Assembly (NCBI GenBank): GCA_035084275.1
Contig: CM068756.1
Span: 1,240,001 to 1,304,000 of the forward strand
DNA from: Hydrolagus colliei
Taxonomy: Eukaryota
Direction of reading: 5' to 3'
Length of the DNA stretch: 64,000 nucleotides
Within the stretch, counting starts at the first letter, position 1. Every line of letters begins with the position of its first letter. The notes below the pieces were generated by a model, which saw nothing but the letters and a program-made list of their open reading frames with translations, searched no databases and had not been told where the DNA came from. A program made the translations under genes and the position numbers. Below are positions 61,346 to 64,000 of this stretch, piece after piece.

Positions 61346-64000
61346 AAATAAGGAGATGGCATTTACAAACCGCCACAAGCAGTGCTCCAGTGCAGAACTC
61401 CTTAAGAACCCCTTGTCGGCGGCGTCATTGAGAAAGATTTACTTAAAACTTAAAAATTGCGGCTTGGAGTCATCGCGAACGCACTGTACGCACGCTTTCT
61501 CCTTTTCACTCAAAGTTGAAAGTTGACATGTCAATTTTCCATTGTGCTACAAGTAAAACCTCCCTCTGCTGGTTCTGAGCAACAATGGTACTTAACTGTT
61601 CTGAGTCATTAACCTTTAGTGCAGTGCGGTGTAATGTGATGTACTACACTGAAGTCTACTGAAGGGCCCTATTGATCCAGCTAGTCTTTTCCACATAGTT
61701 TGTGCCTTCAAAGTTGTTTATGATCAATATGCAAATGACTCACTGCATTGATCCAATATTAATTTTCAATTAGGAAATCCACAAGGGTCTGCAGGGTCAA
61801 TACCTAACAATTCAAAGAAACGTCCTGAGCAGGTGTAGACATCGACATTCTCCTCCGCTGAACAGCTTGCTTATTTCACATTTATTCTCTCATTTCCTTT
61901 TTATTCTGTCGTGTACACTTCACCGCAAAGGGCCTTTTTTTTTTAAATTCCCCCCCCCCCTCCCCTCCCCTCCACCATTCCCTTTACCTCACACAGACAC
62001 GGTTGACACCACTGGGAAAAAAAAGACTGCTCACGATACAGCGCTGTCACTCACAAAGATATTCGAGGCCACCGGTTTATAAATGGTGATGCTATCGCAA
62101 TTAAATCATTTGGTCAACAACCGTCTCGGAAAGCTCTGATGCTGAAGCCCCAGCCAGAACCACGGAGCCTCTGGCTGTGTTAACCAGTCCATTTTCTACC
62201 AAGCCTAATTGGTTTACGGATAACATTAATTACCGTGTTGCTCATTAATGGATGAAATCTTTATTGGTTCCATTGATCAGTGTGACTTGTTACCCATCTA
62301 CCTAACCAATGGCGGATGTAACAAGATCACTTATTGGCATATCAATTAATGCAATCAATTCCGAGCTAGCAGATGCCATTCGCTGTAAGGCTTATTTAAA
62401 CATATAAGACAAAGGTCCGGCAATACAGGCTGCAAAGAAGCTTTTATTTAAGAGGTGGTTTTATTCTGTCATTACTGGATCAAGACAAACTTAATAACAC
62501 ATCCTTGAGAAATGAAGCTACGGTTAATTAAAAAAAGTTGGGTTTTTTTTTTAACCGTTACTTGGACCTCAAATGTTTTTGTTAAATCTTTAATATTCAA
62601 TTTTTTTTTAAACGTATCAAAAATTGAATTCAATTTATCTGACATGAACACAAACCGCAGTAGTACCACCACAGACAGGAAGGTCAAGTTTCTCTACAGA
62701 ATTATCAGCCATTGTCACAGCAACACACAAATGATTTTTTGACACAATCTGCATCCAGCCGGCGAGATAGTGCAAAGAGTTCCATTTAAAAAAAAGATTA
62801 ATTACATTAAATTAACTAACAAGAGTGGGCGAGTACCCTTTTAAAACGTTGAACCTTAAATACATACAAACCGTATTATAATATGTTACAAATATTGACT
62901 GTGCTTGAGCATATAACATTAAGCTATTGACCACGGGGTCACTGGTGTAACCCTGGGGACAGAATTTTACCTTAGAGCCTGGAAAGCGCAGTCAATATTA
63001 GTTGGCTTATGGAACGTGGATTTATTTAAGAATGTCAAACCTTTTCACCTGGTCTGGGCGGCTTTGCACTTTGGGAGTGTCATCGGGAAGCTCCATTCTG
63101 CTGATATCATTCCCTGGCATCAATAGCTAGGCAGCAGTGAAAATTATTTAATCTCACACACACACACACACACAAAAATAAAATCCTTCCGTCAATCTGC
63201 ATCGAGGGAGAGCCATACAATATGGATATAACCTTTGCCTCCATGATCAATTGTGCTATTTTTTGTTTTTTTTATATAAAAAAAGAGAGTGCTAGGTATT
63301 CCTCAGGCAAACATCGGTGCTCATGTTTAATTCCGCTCCGTTGGCTACATGACCTACCCATGTGGAGATACTTGCCTCTAATCTCCCATTTGACCACACA
63401 CACTGGGACAGCCTGGCTCACAGTCACCTGCTCACACATACAGATGCAAGGGCTTCTACCCTCTTGGCACGACTGCCAATTTCAGGAGAAATCTCCTTCA
63501 GGGATATAATAAGGGCACAGAGATAAAAGTGCTCGTGTCACTTGTGACATGTGCAAGAGTTGTTTCAGTCTTAGACAGATTATCAGACATTTCCACTCTC
63601 AGAAGGATTTACTGGTAAACTATAAGGATAATAGTCCGGGTCATTATTCTGCAAACAAACCACATAAAGCTCCATAAAGCTCTCGCGCTGCCCTGAATGT
63701 ATTATTTCAGAAACGGTTCGTGGATTTACTTCAGGTAAAACAGCGAGGGTTTTAAAATCAATTTTCACCTCACCCCTCCCTCTCTCCTCAAGGGCTCGAG
63801 AGGCAGGGGACACGATACCCCGGGCAATTTGGCATCTCACGCGCAAGGCTAGCCGGCGAGCCCGATTCAACAATAGCAGGCTTCAGAAGCGTGCTTGATG
63901 CTTTTTCCTCGACCATCCTTCACGTACATGTACTTCCCAGCCGCAGTCAGCGGGTAACAATCACCATTGACTGATTGTCCCCAAATGCATCACTAGCAGC

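Noticed and set aside
46709-64000. Next upstream ZFHX3 zinc-finger exon
   Set aside because: No matching C2H2-coding segment seen; it presumably lies beyond the window.

Overview
Eukaryotic (vertebrate) genomic DNA containing the 3' part of a ZFHX3/ATBF1 zinc-finger homeobox gene on the minus strand. Six coding exons join in frame through GT-AG introns: 46708-46601, 26151-26024, 25077-24877, 17718-17592, 15625-10220 (a 5.4 kb exon with four homeodomains) and 7880-6271 (stop TAA). A roughly 3 kb AU-rich 3' UTR follows. Everything above 46708 is intron, and the upstream exons lie outside the window. The introns hold four near-full-length tRNA-headed SINEs, about 30 SINE/LINE 3'-tail fragments (counted by eye), a DeuSINE/SacSINE1-like copy, CR1- and L2-like 3' ends, a Penelope-like end with a decayed hammerhead-ribozyme core, and a Tigger-like transposon end. 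This repeat set suggests a cartilaginous fish, possibly a chimaera (inference). I found no CRISPR, rRNA, true tRNA or prokaryotic system, and no demonstrably new biological system. The best leads are a sense-strand hammerhead relic, a candidate in-frame internal first exon, a tandem E-box, inverted SINE pairs around exons, and the absence of the SCA4 polyglycine tract alongside a 29-Q run. Repeat-family and cross-species comparisons are from memory, not from database searches.
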